Positions 49,848-63,698 of a DNA stretch of 64,000 bases are shown here, one piece after another. Under the pieces are notes generated by a model that saw only the letters and a list, made by a program, of their open reading frames with translations, searched no databases and was not told the origin of the DNA. The translations under genes and the position numbers were made by a program. The first letter of the stretch is position 1, and the number at the start of each line of letters is the position of its first letter. This DNA comes from Eledone cirrhosa (taxonomy: Eukaryota). The stretch lies in NCBI GenBank assembly GCA_964016885.1, contig OZ024742.1:232686001-232750000 (forward strand), in the 5' to 3' direction.

Positions 49848-52600
49848 AAAGTTCTATTTAAATTGTTGGGATACAACAAGCAAATATTTTTATAACTGAT
49901 ATAAAGCACTCAACAAATATTTGGAGTAAAAATACGATATTAACAAATGGAAACTATATTTATAAAATCATATTTATTTCATTATACATATTTCAAGGAC
50001 ACCAAATTAAATTATGGTGTGCTTTCATCAGATAAAATATAATATAAATCAGTTTTATAAATAAATATTGACATACCTTAAAGAATGCAACCATTACTGC
50101 TGGAAGCTCCCAGATAGTGGAGTTATAGCTTTAATTATATTATTAGGTAAGTTAGTATTGGATATTTTTAAATACCTTTACCTAGGAATAAAGATTTTAT
50201 TAAACAATTAATAGAAAAATCAGACTATTTTATAAGAAGAATCAGGTGGCGTGCTTTCCACTTCGATAAATCTAATCTAAATGAAAATGTCTCCAATATG
50301 GATAAAATCTTCAAATCTAAAAAAAATCCACCCCCCAACAAACTACTGATGGATTTTGAAAATGATATCATATCTATCATCCAAAGCATCAAATTCAAAA
50401 ACAACTTCAAAGGCCAGGATTACTTAAGAAATATTTAAAATAATATTGAAAACTTGGAGAAAACGGAGAAAATTCTAGTCAAATCTGACAAAACCAATAA
50501 TCTTTACGGAATACAAAAGGACATTTATAACGATCTTATATTAAAGGAATTAAGGAAGAAATACAAAGTAGCAAATAAAGACGACCTTGAAAAATTGAAT
50601 ACAGATGCCTCTTATATAATGCATGAACTAGGCATTGAAAATAGGACACAACCCTTCATGCCAAGGAAACCTAAGATTAATATGAAGGATCACAAAAGGA
50701 ACTTCGAAACTGATTTACCAGTCAGATTAATTGCACCATCTAAATCGGACCTTGGCAGACTTAGCAAAAATATTCTAGACAGAATAATACCACAAATTAA
50801 GAATTTATCTTATTTAAAATTATGGAAAGAAACTAGTGAAGTTATCGATTGGTTTAAAGAAATTAAATATAACTATAATAATAAGTTTATTCAGTTGGAT
50901 ATTGCTAACTATTACTCATCTATCACTCCTAATCTACTGAATAAAGCACTAACTTACGCATTTAAACATACAGACCTAACTAGCAATGAAATGCACATTA
51001 TATTATCGGCACGGAAAACATTAATAGAATTTAATAATCAACTCTGGACTAGGGCAGATAGAAATAATAACTTCGATATAACTATGGGATCATCCGATTC
51101 CGCTCAGGTAACGGATCTTGTGGGCCTCTTTATAAATAACTCTCTACATAGGAAAATATCTGAGATAACCGGAGGTTTATATCGTGACGACATGCTTTTA
51201 CTTATAGAAAATAATAACTGTGAACTAAATAGAAAAAAAAAACAAATTATACAATTTTTTAATTACCTTAATCTAAAAGTAGAAATAGAGAATAACCATA
51301 AAATAGTTAACTTTCTAGATGTAACACTAAATCTTAACACACGTCTTCATTATCCATTTCACAAACTAAATGAGAACTTAAACTACGTCAATTTTAACTC
51401 TAATCACCCCAGATCCGTTAAAAATACTATAGTGAACTCTGTACAGGAACGAATTTCGAGAATTTCAGCTAATAAGAATATATTTGATGAAAAAGCACAT
51501 TATTACAACGAAGCGTTAGGTAGAGCTGGGTATAGAAATAAAATTAAATACATTGATAATAATAATAATATAACAACTAACCATAATCGTAACAATTTTA
51601 ACTATTTTAACAATTTTAACAACTATAATAGAAAACCTTACAATAATTCCGAAAGCGGAAAAAGAAATAGAACTAGGAACATATTATGGTTCGCTCCTCC
51701 TTTCTCATTAAATATTAAAATCCCTATTGCTAAACTATTTTTTAAAGCTCTTGACAAATGCTTCCCTAGAACACATAGATATTACTCAATTTTTAATAGA
51801 CATACTATAAAATTAACTTATTCTTCCACCAAAAATTTAGCGCAAAATATTAATAGAATTAATAATAGAAATTTAAAACCTAACCAAAATACCACTAATA
51901 ACCCAAGCAATATCCAATTTGATAAATGTAACTGTAGAAATAAATCTAACTGTCCGTTAAATAACAATTGCTTAGCTAAAAATATAGTATATAATTGTAA
52001 TGTAAAAACTAATTTAAATTCATTTAATTATGTGGGATCCACTTCCACAAAGTTTAAATCCCGCTTCAATAATCATAAAAATTATTTTACAGATCCAAAC
52101 AAAAAAATCTTCAACTTCTCTATCTAGCTTGTTATGGGACCTCAAACTAAAGAACGTTGAATATTCGTTGATTTGGAATATTATTTCAAAAGCTACTCCT
52201 TTTAACTCCTCTTCAGAAAATTGTGATCTTTGTATAGAGGAAATATTCTTTATATTAAAGACCAAAAATTCCCTGAACCTAAGGAACAATTTATTCAGTT
52301 GCTGTAGACATAGATTAAACTCAACGATTCCCGGACCAGGTGATGTGTTGCTCCTTCTGCCTGGATTTGAGACCAACAGATAGTGTTAGCAATTGGAAAG
52401 ACCAATGTAAACATTGTTTCCTCAGTCCGATTTGACGAGCTCCACCCCACTCGTTAAGTGAATGAGGTCTGAGATAGGTCTGGGATTTTGTCGATTGACA
52501 AGTGTGGTATGAATTATTTGTGTGTATATTTTCATTCTGTAAGGATTGTAAATAATTTGTAATGTTATTTATATTAAAATTCTATTTGTTTGTTCATTCC
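49844..52600 (+). mobile_element. Near-complete Naiad-type Penelope-like element
   Basis: Frame from 50172 (IPLP..LIEK..RRIRWRAF), KSDKTN, DIANYY, MGSSDSA, LYRDD, FLD, SNHP, CNC-x5-CPL-x3-C linker, IVY..YVG endonuclease, CDLC, CRH; TAA at 50436 and a frameshift near 52105; abuts (TA)n. Confidence 0.9.
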
Positions 52601-52784
52601 TGCAATATGCTTTAGTTAGAGAGAGTGGGGGTGGAGTGAGAGAGAGAGAGAGAGGGGGGTAGGTAGAGTGAGGGAGATGCATTCGATAAAATTGAATGAA
52701 AATAGACGAAATCACTAAAGAGTACAAATAGGAAGGGTTAATAACTGAAGAGAAGGCCAAATGTCTTCTGTAGGAGGATATTTT

Positions 52785-53000
52785 TTAACCCTTTAGCATT
52801 TAAACCAACCGTATCTGGCCAGAATTCTCTCACTTCTTTCTGTTTAAACTGGCTGTAACTAGTCACTCATAGTGACATTAAGGTATTGTTCTCAAAATAA
52901 ATAATATCAAAATATCATAGATTCGATATTATGTGAGATAAAGCCTTTAACATGAAAATACAATAGTATATATAGAGTAATGTAAATGATAAGGGGTTAA
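52785..53000. mobile_element. TTAA-flanked MITE
   Basis: Same family and orientation as 43388. Confidence 0.85.
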
Positions 53001-53039
53001 ACTTTTTACTCACTCTCCCCTTTCTTCATATATTTTTAG

Positions 53040-53265
53040 GAGGTGCTCCATCAGTTACGACGATGAGTGTTCCAGTTGATCTGATCAATGGAACAGCCTG
53101 CTCATGGAATTAATGCGCAAGTGGCTGAGCATTCCACAGACAGGCTTAGCCTTACTGTAGTTCTCAGGGAGATTCAGCGTGACACAGAATATGACAAGGC
53201 TGACTCTTCGAATTACAGGCACAATTAATTTTTGCCAGCTGAGTGGACTGGAGTAATATGAAATA
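53040..53265 (-). mobile_element. SINE 3' portion
   Basis: CTCCAGTCCACTCAGCTG core; similar to 32070-32250 and 38970-39080. Confidence 0.7.
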
Positions 53266-53310
53266 TATATATACAATGTTTACGAAAATCATTGATATAT
53301 ATATATATAT

Positions 53311-54170
53311 TCAAAATAGGGAGCACACTGGACAAAACAACAGAAAGACAGATAGTCCCATCTCCTCATTCAATCTCTGGAAATCATTACAGTTTCGGAA
53401 CATTAAGGTTGACACCTTTCATTTCAGTGCACATTGAGACATAACAAAACAGGTAGAGACAAGTTATGGCTTTCGGCAAATTACAGAAATATAGAGTGTG
53501 CAAGGGCTTAGCCAAAGGAGAAAAATATAGAAAGGAGAGAAATAGTAAAACAGAAGAGAATAAGGACCGTTGTCCAACATGCAGACAAAGAAGGACACTG
53601 AGGCATAGAAAAGGCAAGAAGAGAAAGTAGGGGAAAACAGGCCAGGCGGTGTGATGTCAACTATATGATAGTTTCAAAAAATGCCTGCCTGGAAAATTTG
53701 GAAAAAAAGAAACAATAGAAAGACGGACAGTCCCATATCTTCAGTCAACTTCTGGAAATCATAATGGTTTCATTAAGGCTGATACCATTCATTCCAGTGC
53801 ACACAGGGACATAACAAAACACAAGGATTTAGCAAAAGGAGAAAAATATAGAAAGGAAAGAAAAAGTAAAATAGAAGAGAATAATAAAAACTCTCATGTA
53901 ATGTTCAGACAAAGGACACTGAGGTGTAGAAACGGTAAGAAGGGAGAATAAAAGATGTCAATTATATGATAATTTAAAAAAAAAGCCTGCATGTCTAAGA
54001 CTTTAGAATATAAATTCAAAATTGAGGGCGCACAGGACAAAGATAATAGAAAAAAACAATGTAAAGATGGACAGTACCATCTCCTCAGTCAACATCTGGA
54101 AATCACTATGGTTTCAGTGCATTAAGATTAATACCATTCATTCCAGTGCGCATTGGGATATAACAAAATG
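53311..54170. repeat. Three diverged tandem units of about 310-390 bp (last partial)
   Basis: Recurring CCATCTCCTCAGTCAAC..CTGGAAATCA..CATTAAG..CAGTGCACA..ATAACAAAA. Confidence 0.8.
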
Positions 54171-56413
54171 TGTGTGTGTGAGTGCATGTGTGTTTTTGTT
54201 TCTGCGTTCTTTAACTCTCTCTTTCAAGTTAAATATTTCATTGCAGTCAACTTTATGTTGGTTTTACAAGAGTTAGAAACATCAATTGTCTCTTCATTTA
54301 AACCACTGGCAAAATGAAATCTATATATAATATAAAAGATGTTTATTGGTTGGTTGAATCACATGAAAACTACACATAAAAGACACAGAGGGAGAGGCAG
54401 AAAGAGAGAGATAGACTGTTATACAGAGAGAGGGAGAGATACAATTAAAGTGTTAGATATTCAGAGAGAGAGAGAGTAACGTCCCACGAAAGTCTAGAAA
54501 CAACTTAAACTATAGATTTTTTATCTATAGGAAGATTTAACAATATTGCGTTAGCTTTTATAAAGTTGTTTTACAGTCTTTGATTTTACAGAACAAGGAG
54601 AAATTGATACTATTTGAAATGAATCTACTCTCCAGCTTTTATCCATAAACTACTTACTTACAGACAGTACTAACGAAGCAACACTTCAGAAGCAATGTTA
54701 TGCGGTATATTGCTGTGTTTCGGATGACGTCCTTTGGAGCTGAAAAAGATCATATTGACTATCGTTATTTCACATTTAAAATCCAAGACCAACGCTACCA
54801 TTTAATCAGCAGTTTATTCCCCCAGCCTAATAAGGAAGTCTTATGATTGTTTTTTTTTTTATGTCTTTCTCAACACACACATTACGGTCTCACCTCATAC
54901 CAGAGAACACATCCAATGCAGTAGTTTTCTCTGTTCTCCCAGGCGAAGCTGGGTACCTCAGCTAGTATATATGTATATATGAGAGAGAGAGAGAGAGAGA
55001 TTACGGTAGTAATAGGTTTTTGTTAGGGAAATCGAAGACTGTGTCAACATGGAGTGGTTTTAGAGCCAACAAGTGAATCACTAATGATAGTGTTTTCGTG
55101 GTGATCAACCGTAGGTACAATGACGATAATTCCAGGAGTGTTTCTATAGAATATAATAAATCACCTGAACACTCTAATTTCACAGTTGGATGTTTAAAGT
55201 GTATTACATAACTGACACATAATTCGTCGATAAGTAGGTGAGCATATCTAGAATCACTAATCTGATGAGTTTTTAATCGATTTCTAATACTTTGCGTCAG
55301 TACTGTGACATATCAACTCCTCAAAGTTTAACAATGTTTTCTTTTGTACAAGGTAACGTTAATGTATATAGAGAGAAGGCATGTTTCCATGGACGAATAC
55401 AGGTTGTATAAAATGATAATCATATTAAAATATAGAGGAGTGGCCAGGCAATGTCAGTTGTCACAACTCCATCACTAGCGTTGGTAGTAACAACAACATT
55501 GTATTTATTATTATTTCCCCAAGAGGCGTGGCTAACACAGTTGCCGTAGGAAATCATTGATTCGTCGAGTTGATGGAAGTTTTATGGACATTTGTTAGTG
55601 CCACAATGTTTTAATAGAGATCAAAGAGGTTTTTTTTCTCATGCTTTTGCAGTGGATGGTTGTAAATCCCTTTGACATTTTAATGTTCTTGTTAAAATTG
55701 GATAGTGCTTTGTATGATGCCTGGCGTCATGTAGAGCACAGGTTCTCAATTCATTTAGGCCAAACGCCCCTTTTTTGTCCCTCGAAATCACGAAACGCCC
55801 CCCCCCCCCCCTCTACCATATTTTTCCTTTTTTCAATATACTACTGATTTTGATATTAGTAGATTACTAAAAAATTGATTAACAATATTCCAAAGATACC
55901 ATTGCAGGCAGCTGAAAGTATAAATACATTCCTTGAAAGGAAATATATAAATTTCAAAAAAAAGAACATAAATGTTCTTTTTTATAAATAAGGACCAGTT
56001 GAATTTATTATATTCCCACCAGGCGATACCATCTATTTTGAACATTTATACAAGAGCAACTCTGTCTATCCCAAGAGTGCTCTTATCTGGAAGAAAGTGG
56101 CAATTATATCATTTCAAAGCTTTCCAATTTTCCCTTTAATGAAACGGACAGAATAAATGTTGATATCTAACTTGATGTCCCCTCTGCTTTGTGAGCTTAG
56201 AGACCACAGAAGAGGGTTTTCATGATCACACGGGAGGGTATATTTATTAGTAAATGGTAAAATATATACAACAAATGAGTAAGTGAATTGTAGTAGATGG
56301 TTTCCTGTCCAGTCAGACTGCAACTACAAATAAAAAAATTGTTAGTTTGCTTTGTAACAATAGCATTATCCAAGTTTTCAGATAAATCAACTTACTTTAA
56401 CTTTGACTTCATT

Positions 56414-57460
56414 TCAATGGGACCCTTGAGCTTCATGGAGTCTAGCTAACTCTTTGACATGAGGCTGAATTTTCATAAGATGTAGCCAGAGATCTCCACG
56501 TGTAGTTACATTGTAGCGGTTGCGAGACTTACTGTGCAGTCTGGAAACAGCACCAAACTTCTCGACTAAGTATGAGCTTGGAAAAGGCAGAGCAAATTTC
56601 TTAGCCTCTGCATGTAGGTGTGGAAATCGACACTGAATTTCCTCTTGCATCCAAAAAAGGGGTTCACCTATTTTGGAAAATCTAATTTTGATCATGTCAT
56701 CTCCTTGAAGTTCAATGAATTCTTCCTGTAATTTAACGTCCAAATTGTCGACGTTAGCTATGAAGGGATCTGCTATCCACATTGGGATGTCCATCGGCAA
56801 AAGGTCGACAAACCGTTCTCTCATGTTGTCTTGTAGCACACGGTGAGTGGTATAAATTTGGAGTTGGTCATCGCTTACAATGTTTTGAACATTGGCGACA
56901 CTAGGAAAATTATAGAATTCCCGTCAACAAAGATTCCTTTCGATGACATTCAAATTGGCCAGGAATGTTTTCACAGCATTCCTTGCTTTAAGCAAGGTGA
57001 TCTTCCCCTGCAAAGCCAAAATGACGCTATTGCATTTGTCGAAGATGTTGGTGAGGTAGGCGGTCTTGCCTCACATTGAGGGTTTTCTTGTACAGTTCTG
57101 TGTTGCCTCCTCACAGAAACTCAATGATAGTGTCGAAGAGTTCAAAGAAGTGAGTAAAGCACTTGCCCTTTGAAAGCCACCTCACTTCAGTATGAAGGAG
57201 CAACTTGACGAATTCTTCGTCATTATCTTGACAGTTGCCGGAAAATTCGTTCAATGAGGGGATGCCGTTTGATAAAATTGATGACATCAATGGCCACATG
57301 CAAGGACTTGCTCAGAGGCTTGCTGAGTTTCTTCACAGCCAAGTGTTATCGATGAATGACACAATGAACAGCAAATACAGATAGATTTTCTCTCTTCAGA
57401 AGAGTGATGAAATCCTTATGCTGGCTGACCATTGCTCTTGCATCGTCCGTAGCACGATAC
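56414..57460 (-). mobile_element. hAT (Buster/Charlie-type) transposase relic
   Basis: AVHCVIHR, LLLHTEVRWLSKG, LPFPSSYLVE, K.RNR..GDL, AQGSH*. Confidence 0.9.
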
Positions 57461-57464
57461 AATG

Positions 57465-57975
57465 TGTGTTGTATTTGGTCCTAGATGTATGTATTACCTG
57501 CCTGTATGTTGTATGTAGTCCTAGATGTATGTATTACCTGCTTATGTATTGCATGTGGTCCCAGCTGTACGTATTACCTGCTTATGTATTGCATGTGGTC
57601 CCAGATATGTGTTGCATATGGTCCTAGATGTGTGTATTACCTGATTATGTGGTCCTAGATGTTTGTATTACCTGCTTATGTGTTGTATGTGGACCTAGAT
57701 GTATGTATTACCTGCCTGTGTGTTGTATGTGGTCCTAGATGTGTGTATTACCTCCTTATGTGTTGTATGTGGTCCTAGATGTGTGTATTACCTGCTTATG
57801 TGTGTATCATCTGATTATGTGTTGTATGTGGTCCTAGATGTGTGTGCTACCCACTTCTGTGTTTTTTCCTAGATGTGTGTATTACCTGCTTATGTGTTGT
57901 ATGTGGTCCTAGATGTGTGTAGTATCTGATTATGTGTTGTATGTGGTCCTAGATGTGTGTGCTACCCGCTTCTGT
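57465..57975. repeat. 40-bp minisatellite, about 12 diverged copies
   Basis: Unit GTGTTGTATGTGGTCCTAGATGTGTGTATTACCTGCTTAT. Confidence 0.92.
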
Positions 57976-58299
57976 GTTTTTTCTTTTCTTTTTTTTATTT
58001 GTAATATTATTTATACAATAGGGAATAAAATAGATCTACATAGTGTTAACTCGTTACAGTTGAGTCAATAATTTCAGACATGAAATACATTGTTATCGGT
58101 GAAGGAAAGCAAGATTCTAACTGGCTGCACTGAAAGTGTCCTTGACCCAGTTGACTGTGGATTTTTCCATTTTTAGGATTTCAGTTGCCGGTTAATGTCT
58201 AGACACACCTGCACACTTGCGGTCAGACTATAGTTATGCTGTCTGCATGGTCATTCAAATGCATTCACACTGGCCGTCTCAAAGATATATACAAATATG

Positions 58300-60040
58300 G
58301 CTTATAAAACTTACCAAAGAAAAGAGCCTTCCTGCGCCCCCCTAACGCGAGCTTGCTCCCAATCTATTATTAAATTTGTTCCGATAATTATATAGTACAT
58401 TTCTAGTATACACAAGATGCAAACCCCTGTGTGCTGTTTGTACTGGTCAGCGAATCAAAGGACTAACCAGGAAATTTCGTATCTAGTTCATTTCTCTTCC
58501 AGTTCCCATATTCTGTTAGCTAAAGTTGCAGAATTTCTAAGTTTATTATTTGTAAAAGAACATACATGAGTATACCATCGTTTCTTAAAAACATTAGAAG
58601 TGGGCCCCTATATATTCGTTTATATGGATTATGTATTGGTATACCATGTTGTTGTGCATACACATATTATGTGTTGGGCAGTTCTCAGGTCGTGGATAGT
58701 TACATCGTATTTCCTTTCAATGGGGTTATCTTTATTGTTGTTATTTGGAATGTGAATAGGTTGTGATAGATTTAGTCCCCTACTTCTAGTTTTTACTGCC
58801 TTGAGTTCATTTGTCCATGCTATTTGAGAGCTTCCCAAGGTTCCTATTATCAATAGAATCCTGTTCAATATCATGGTTACTTAAGCATCTCTTATTCAGT
58901 TTGTTTATGTAAGTTTCCAGGTTTGCAGCTGTTGAGTAAGATAACCTAATAGTATTTCTGTTTAATATCTTATGGTATTTGTGTGACTGAGGTAAATATT
59001 TATCGATTGGGTTAAAGAAGATGGATTTGACTGCAGTGTTGAATATTGGATTATACCATAAGTATGTTCTGTTTGTATTTTTTTTTTTTTTGTGATGCTA
59101 TCTTTTGTGGATCTTTCATGGTGATTAAAAGAACTCTTACCTTTTTGCTGTTCACTATTGCTAGTATTTAGCCTACAATGACTTTATAACTAATTTTTTA
59201 GTATGAGTTTCCTCCCATACGGCAGCGTATATGCTTCTCATGCTTTTTTTACGTGTTCATTTTAGTCTCTGCATATTGGTGTCCTTAATTAATAGAAGAG
59301 CATTGTTTCTATAAATTCCTCATAGGAGGTTACCAAATTCTCTATGGAGATTATGGGCTATATATAAACAGACTACATTTGTTGCCTGCGCTGAGTTACT
59401 GGATCCCATGGTGACATCAAAGCCATCTAACCTATCCCTACATACCCAATATTCATCCTCGAACTCAATGACTGATTGCTTAGCTGTTATTACTATATTA
59501 ATTTCACTCCTAGTTAAGTTCTTCCTAGTGAATGCGAGAGCTTTATTAAGGAGAATAGGGGTTACTGAAAAGCAATACTCATTTATATTGAATATAAACT
59601 TATATGTCTCCTTGTTCTCTATTCTACCAAACCAATCTATGACCTCTACCGTATTGCCCCATAGCTTAATCACTAATCTATTTTTCATTTGACCTATGAT
59701 CTTATCTAGAATATTATTGCTTAATCGACCTACACCGGATTTTGATGGGCATATTAGTCTAATGGAGATGTTACAATTAAAGTCACTCTTGTGGTCCTTG
59801 AGGCTGAATGTGGGGCATCTAGGGGTAAAAGGTTCAGTCCTATCAGCTAGTCCTAATTCGTTCATGATAATTAGTTCTTTGTTGTTGATCTATTCATCTT
59901 CTTGTATTTTCTATGTAGTTCCTTTCTTATTAATTTCTTATAATTGGTAACGTCCATAGAGTATATGTTTCCTGTCTTATCCGCTTTGATCAATATCCTG
60001 TTGGTATTCTGTAGTTTTTTCATTAATTTAATACTTCATA
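58300..60040 (-). mobile_element. Second, strongly decayed Naiad-type Penelope-like element
   Basis: ILIKADKTGNIY, LKDHKSDF, RLICPSKS, FDVTMGSS, LWYNP..HKYHKILNRNTIRLSYS parallel the 50172 element. Confidence 0.85.
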
Positions 60041-60724
60041 TGAGCGATTAGTTTACTCAGTCACTCACCCTAAATGCTGTAGTAGAGACAGGGACCACTG
60101 CGTCCTTAGCCAAGTGGAATACAATCCTAAAATATCAAAATTTGCAGGCAAATTTTTTTCTACTTATAGTATTTGAGACATTCCAGGCTACTGACAACAA
60201 AGTCTTTGTGATCATTGATGTCTCATCCTAATGAGTTATCAGATGATTCTAATGAAGATGTTTGGCTATTCCAATAGCTCAGAATTACCTGTGGTTAATG
60301 CATTGAGGGTTTTCCTGAATAACATTTTTGTCATTTTTTATCCAAGATCTACAGAAACATTATTTCAAAACCAGGGTGATTGGATAGCAGCACAGTCAAG
60401 GATGAAGAAGGATATACTGCTTCTTGTTTCACATTCACTTCTGATTCCAGGACATTTTCCAACCACACCCTGGTAACTGCTTCTACTGGCAGGTTAAACT
60501 TAGTGTGGGATTGGGTGCTTGGAAAGAAAATGGGTCCCACTGAAAAGCCATTATAGACACACAAACATCAATAATGGCACCCAAATGACTGGCTACACCA
60601 GTTATGGGAACTTGACTGATTGGGAGGAAAATACCCCATATTCTTTGTTGGAATGATGATGACTGGTCCTCTTTTGATTTTGACAATGAAATTCAGTCAT
60701 TCGAGCAATATGTTTGACTCAATA

Positions 60725-61030
60725 ACAAAGCATAGATGAGTTAAGAGAAAAGTTGGGTATAAGAGAAATCAGATGTAGTATGCAGGAGACAAGAATGCAT
60801 TTGTATGGGCATGTGATGCATATGGATGATGATCATTGGGTGAAGAAGAGTAAAAAATTCCAGTGGAAGGAAGCTTCAGTTAAGGGAGAACCAAGGACAT
60901 CTGGGAAAAGGTTGTGAGAACTGATTTCAAATCACAGAGGAGATAATGAAGAACCACATGTGGAGGAATACTGTGCTGGAAAAGACCTGTCTAATACATG
61001 CAAAAGATACATAAAATGATAATAATGATG
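60725..61030 (+). mobile_element. Old RTE 3' fragment
   Basis: SIDELREKLGI..YGHVMHMDDD remnants and GAT tail. Confidence 0.75.
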
Positions 61031-62455
61031 ATTGTGTATTCCAGACATTTGTACCCTTAATGTAATTTCCAAGGTTCAATATCCTTACAGGAATAAGGCA
61101 GCGATGTATTTTGTATTGTTTGTGGTGCAATTGATTGGGTATTGAAGTTGACAAACATCAAGCAAGGATATGTCCTGGGTTGATGATACCCAGATGAGCT
61201 AGCTGGTCTCTTGCCACAACCACTCAGGAGCTCCTGACTCACTTGTCAAATGTATTGCTTTCATCTACACAACAAAGCTGTTAAAGCTCACTAGTTGCCT
61301 TAAAAAAAAAAAATTCTGGTCCCAGTATTGCCTCAGCTGGAACATGTAATAGAGTCACAAGAATCTTACTATAGCCAGGATAGCAGCACAGGCAAAATAA
61401 TTCCCAGTGCACAGTATTTTATTTTATTGAACTGTATTTGTTCATTCCTCATTGGAACTCGCCATTACCATAGCATATGTATTAATACAAATATTTTTAC
61501 AAATCAAAACACACGCAACAACAACAACAAAAAGAGAAAAACAACACAACAGAGGTTATTTCAAGAAAAATCATTAGTGTTGTTTGTCACAGCCTGCAGC
61601 ATCTGATAAAAAAGAAAGGGGAATGAGAAGTTATCTCCTCTTACTCCATTAGCATATTTTTGTTGATGAGATACCACCACTATTTGCCAATTCAAGACTT
61701 TGTTTTGAATTTAACTTATTTATTTATAACAAATATTTATTTAAAAATCTTAAAAATACATTAACTGTGATATTTTCTCTGGCAAAAAAAAAGAAGAAAA
61801 AAAAGAAATTAGATAAAGCTTTTTGACTAGATTGAACCAAGAAATAAGAGGATTAAAATAATACATCTGTTTTGAGACTGAAAATATACTTATCAAAATG
61901 AAACATCTTATTGGGGAAAAAAGAAAGACATGATGATGAAAATTAAATCCAGAAAAACAAGAAATACACTATTCTTTTGATTTAATTTTCTTGTTAATTA
62001 ACTCCAACACTCATTAATCTTGAGGACAGGATTAAATTTACCAATTTAATTATTGGTAAGGATTTATGTAAGAATTCAATAAAAAAAATTATGGCCATTC
62101 TGCCAGAAAATTTAAGATGTTCTGCCAGCTTCTAAATATTATTTTATGTAAATGATATTCTGAGTTTCCAGCTTTTAGTATATATGATACATTGTTTTAA
62201 ATTCAATGTATTTAATACTGACAACTTAGTTTGGCCAATAATTATAAATATTACTGAGTTACATGTTATGTTACATATATGAAAAGTCAAGACTAGATTC
62301 CACCTTACAAAGTTGAGATGTTAAATAATTATTGATAAACTTCCCATGTCCTGGAGATAAGAAGATTAAAAGAAAGCTGTAAAAAAATGAATAAATAAAA
62401 TAAATAAATAAATAAATAAAAATACAAAATATAAGTCAGAAAATATATAAATAAA

Positions 62456-62670
62456 TGTAGAAAATAGTGTTTTGTTAGAAGACTACCACAATGTGAATCA
62501 GACAGTAAATGTTAAAAGTATGATGATATCAGACAGAGATGTTGGGATGTTACCTAGCAGATCTATAACGAACTACTAGGTAATATCCCAACATATTTGT
62601 TATCATATTTTTAACATTTACTGTCCAATTCACATTGTAGTAGTCTTCTAACAAAACACTATTTTCTACA
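62456..62670. repeat. 215-bp fold-back in the presumed 3' UTR of the SOCS-box gene
   Basis: TGTAGAAAATAGTGTTTTGTTAGAAGACTAC perfectly mirrored; pairing continues to a short central loop. Confidence 0.9.
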
Positions 62671-62743
62671 CTTTACACAATGCTTCAAGCAAGCACTCTC
62701 TTACATAAATAAATAATATTCAAGGCATCAAGAAAAGAGTGTG

Positions 62744-63698
62744 TCACCGAAAAGTCGGCTGAAATTTAAGGTATTGTCTGAGAACAGAAGGTAGAGGCAA
62801 AATATCAACATCACAAGTTCTGGAAAGATGTTGGAGTATGACTATTCGACATTGACTTTGTAAGTTCAGGATCCGAGGCATCTGATAAACAAGGATACTA
62901 ACTTCATCAGAACTCTGTTTGTGATCAAGTACTCTCATATAACTGCCACAACGGGAAAATGCTAATTGGTAATTGACTCGACAGATTCTTATTAAACCAG
63001 GAAGACAGGATGTTAAGTACTTGAGTAACGTTATTGTATCAGCATTAAATAAATATATATCTGAGAAAGCTGTGACACCAAAACGGTTGTCAGTAAGTTT
63101 CTGAACAATAAGCAAAGTTCCGTCTTTACTATAGGAGAGATGAAAACGGCTGCTGCCAAACAGAACAGGTAAACATAAGTTACTGCGTACAACAATTGCC
63201 ATTTCAGATAAAGAATAAGTGACAAGTTCATTACAGATGCCTGTGGCACGGCACTCATAGTTTGCCACTGCAATACGAGACCATCTGAAACGAGGATCAA
63301 AGGCAACATATGGTTGAACAGCATGATTTAGTGTGATGACGTTGAGCACCTCAAAGGTTTCATGAGAATATATATATAAATCATAGCTGGATGTTTTACT
63401 AACTTCAGAAAAGGAAAAGAAGAGGATAGCAGTTCGAGAGCAGTCAGGTGTGATGTCACCATGGACAATAGTCATATTTTCCTTTGGAGATAGCATGATA
63501 CCAAGAGTCTTTTTTTGTAATATATCAACAATAGGAAATGCAAATTGGTTTACAATTCCTTGTTGTCTGTGGAGTATCAGGAGGATAAGATGATCACGAC
63601 AGGAAAGAGCAACACTACTTAGCTCATAATCATCATTGACAAAAGCTGCCAGTTGACTTTTGTTGTTGCATGGAATTAAAATTTTCAAGGATTTATAC
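62744..63698 (-). CDS. Last coding exon of a SOCS-box protein with a probable divergent beta-propeller region
   Basis: Acceptor ttttatctacttaacag at 63699, phase 2, open to TGA; C-terminal LNLQSQCRIVILQHL..LPLPSVLRQYLKF SOCS box; WD40-like turns SYSKDG, AFSRCG, DITPDC. Confidence 0.85.

Noticed and set aside
50172-52383. Selenocysteine recoding, reported for some Naiad elements
   Set aside because: The interrupting stop is TAA, Cys motifs use TGT/TGC, and I saw no convincing SECIS
52384-52560. Hammerhead in the Naiad 3' end (TTGACGA)
   Set aside because: No matching GAAA or consistent stems found
55335-55700. Possible Helitron helicase remnant (QPVFVHG)
   Set aside because: Single short motif, too decayed to support
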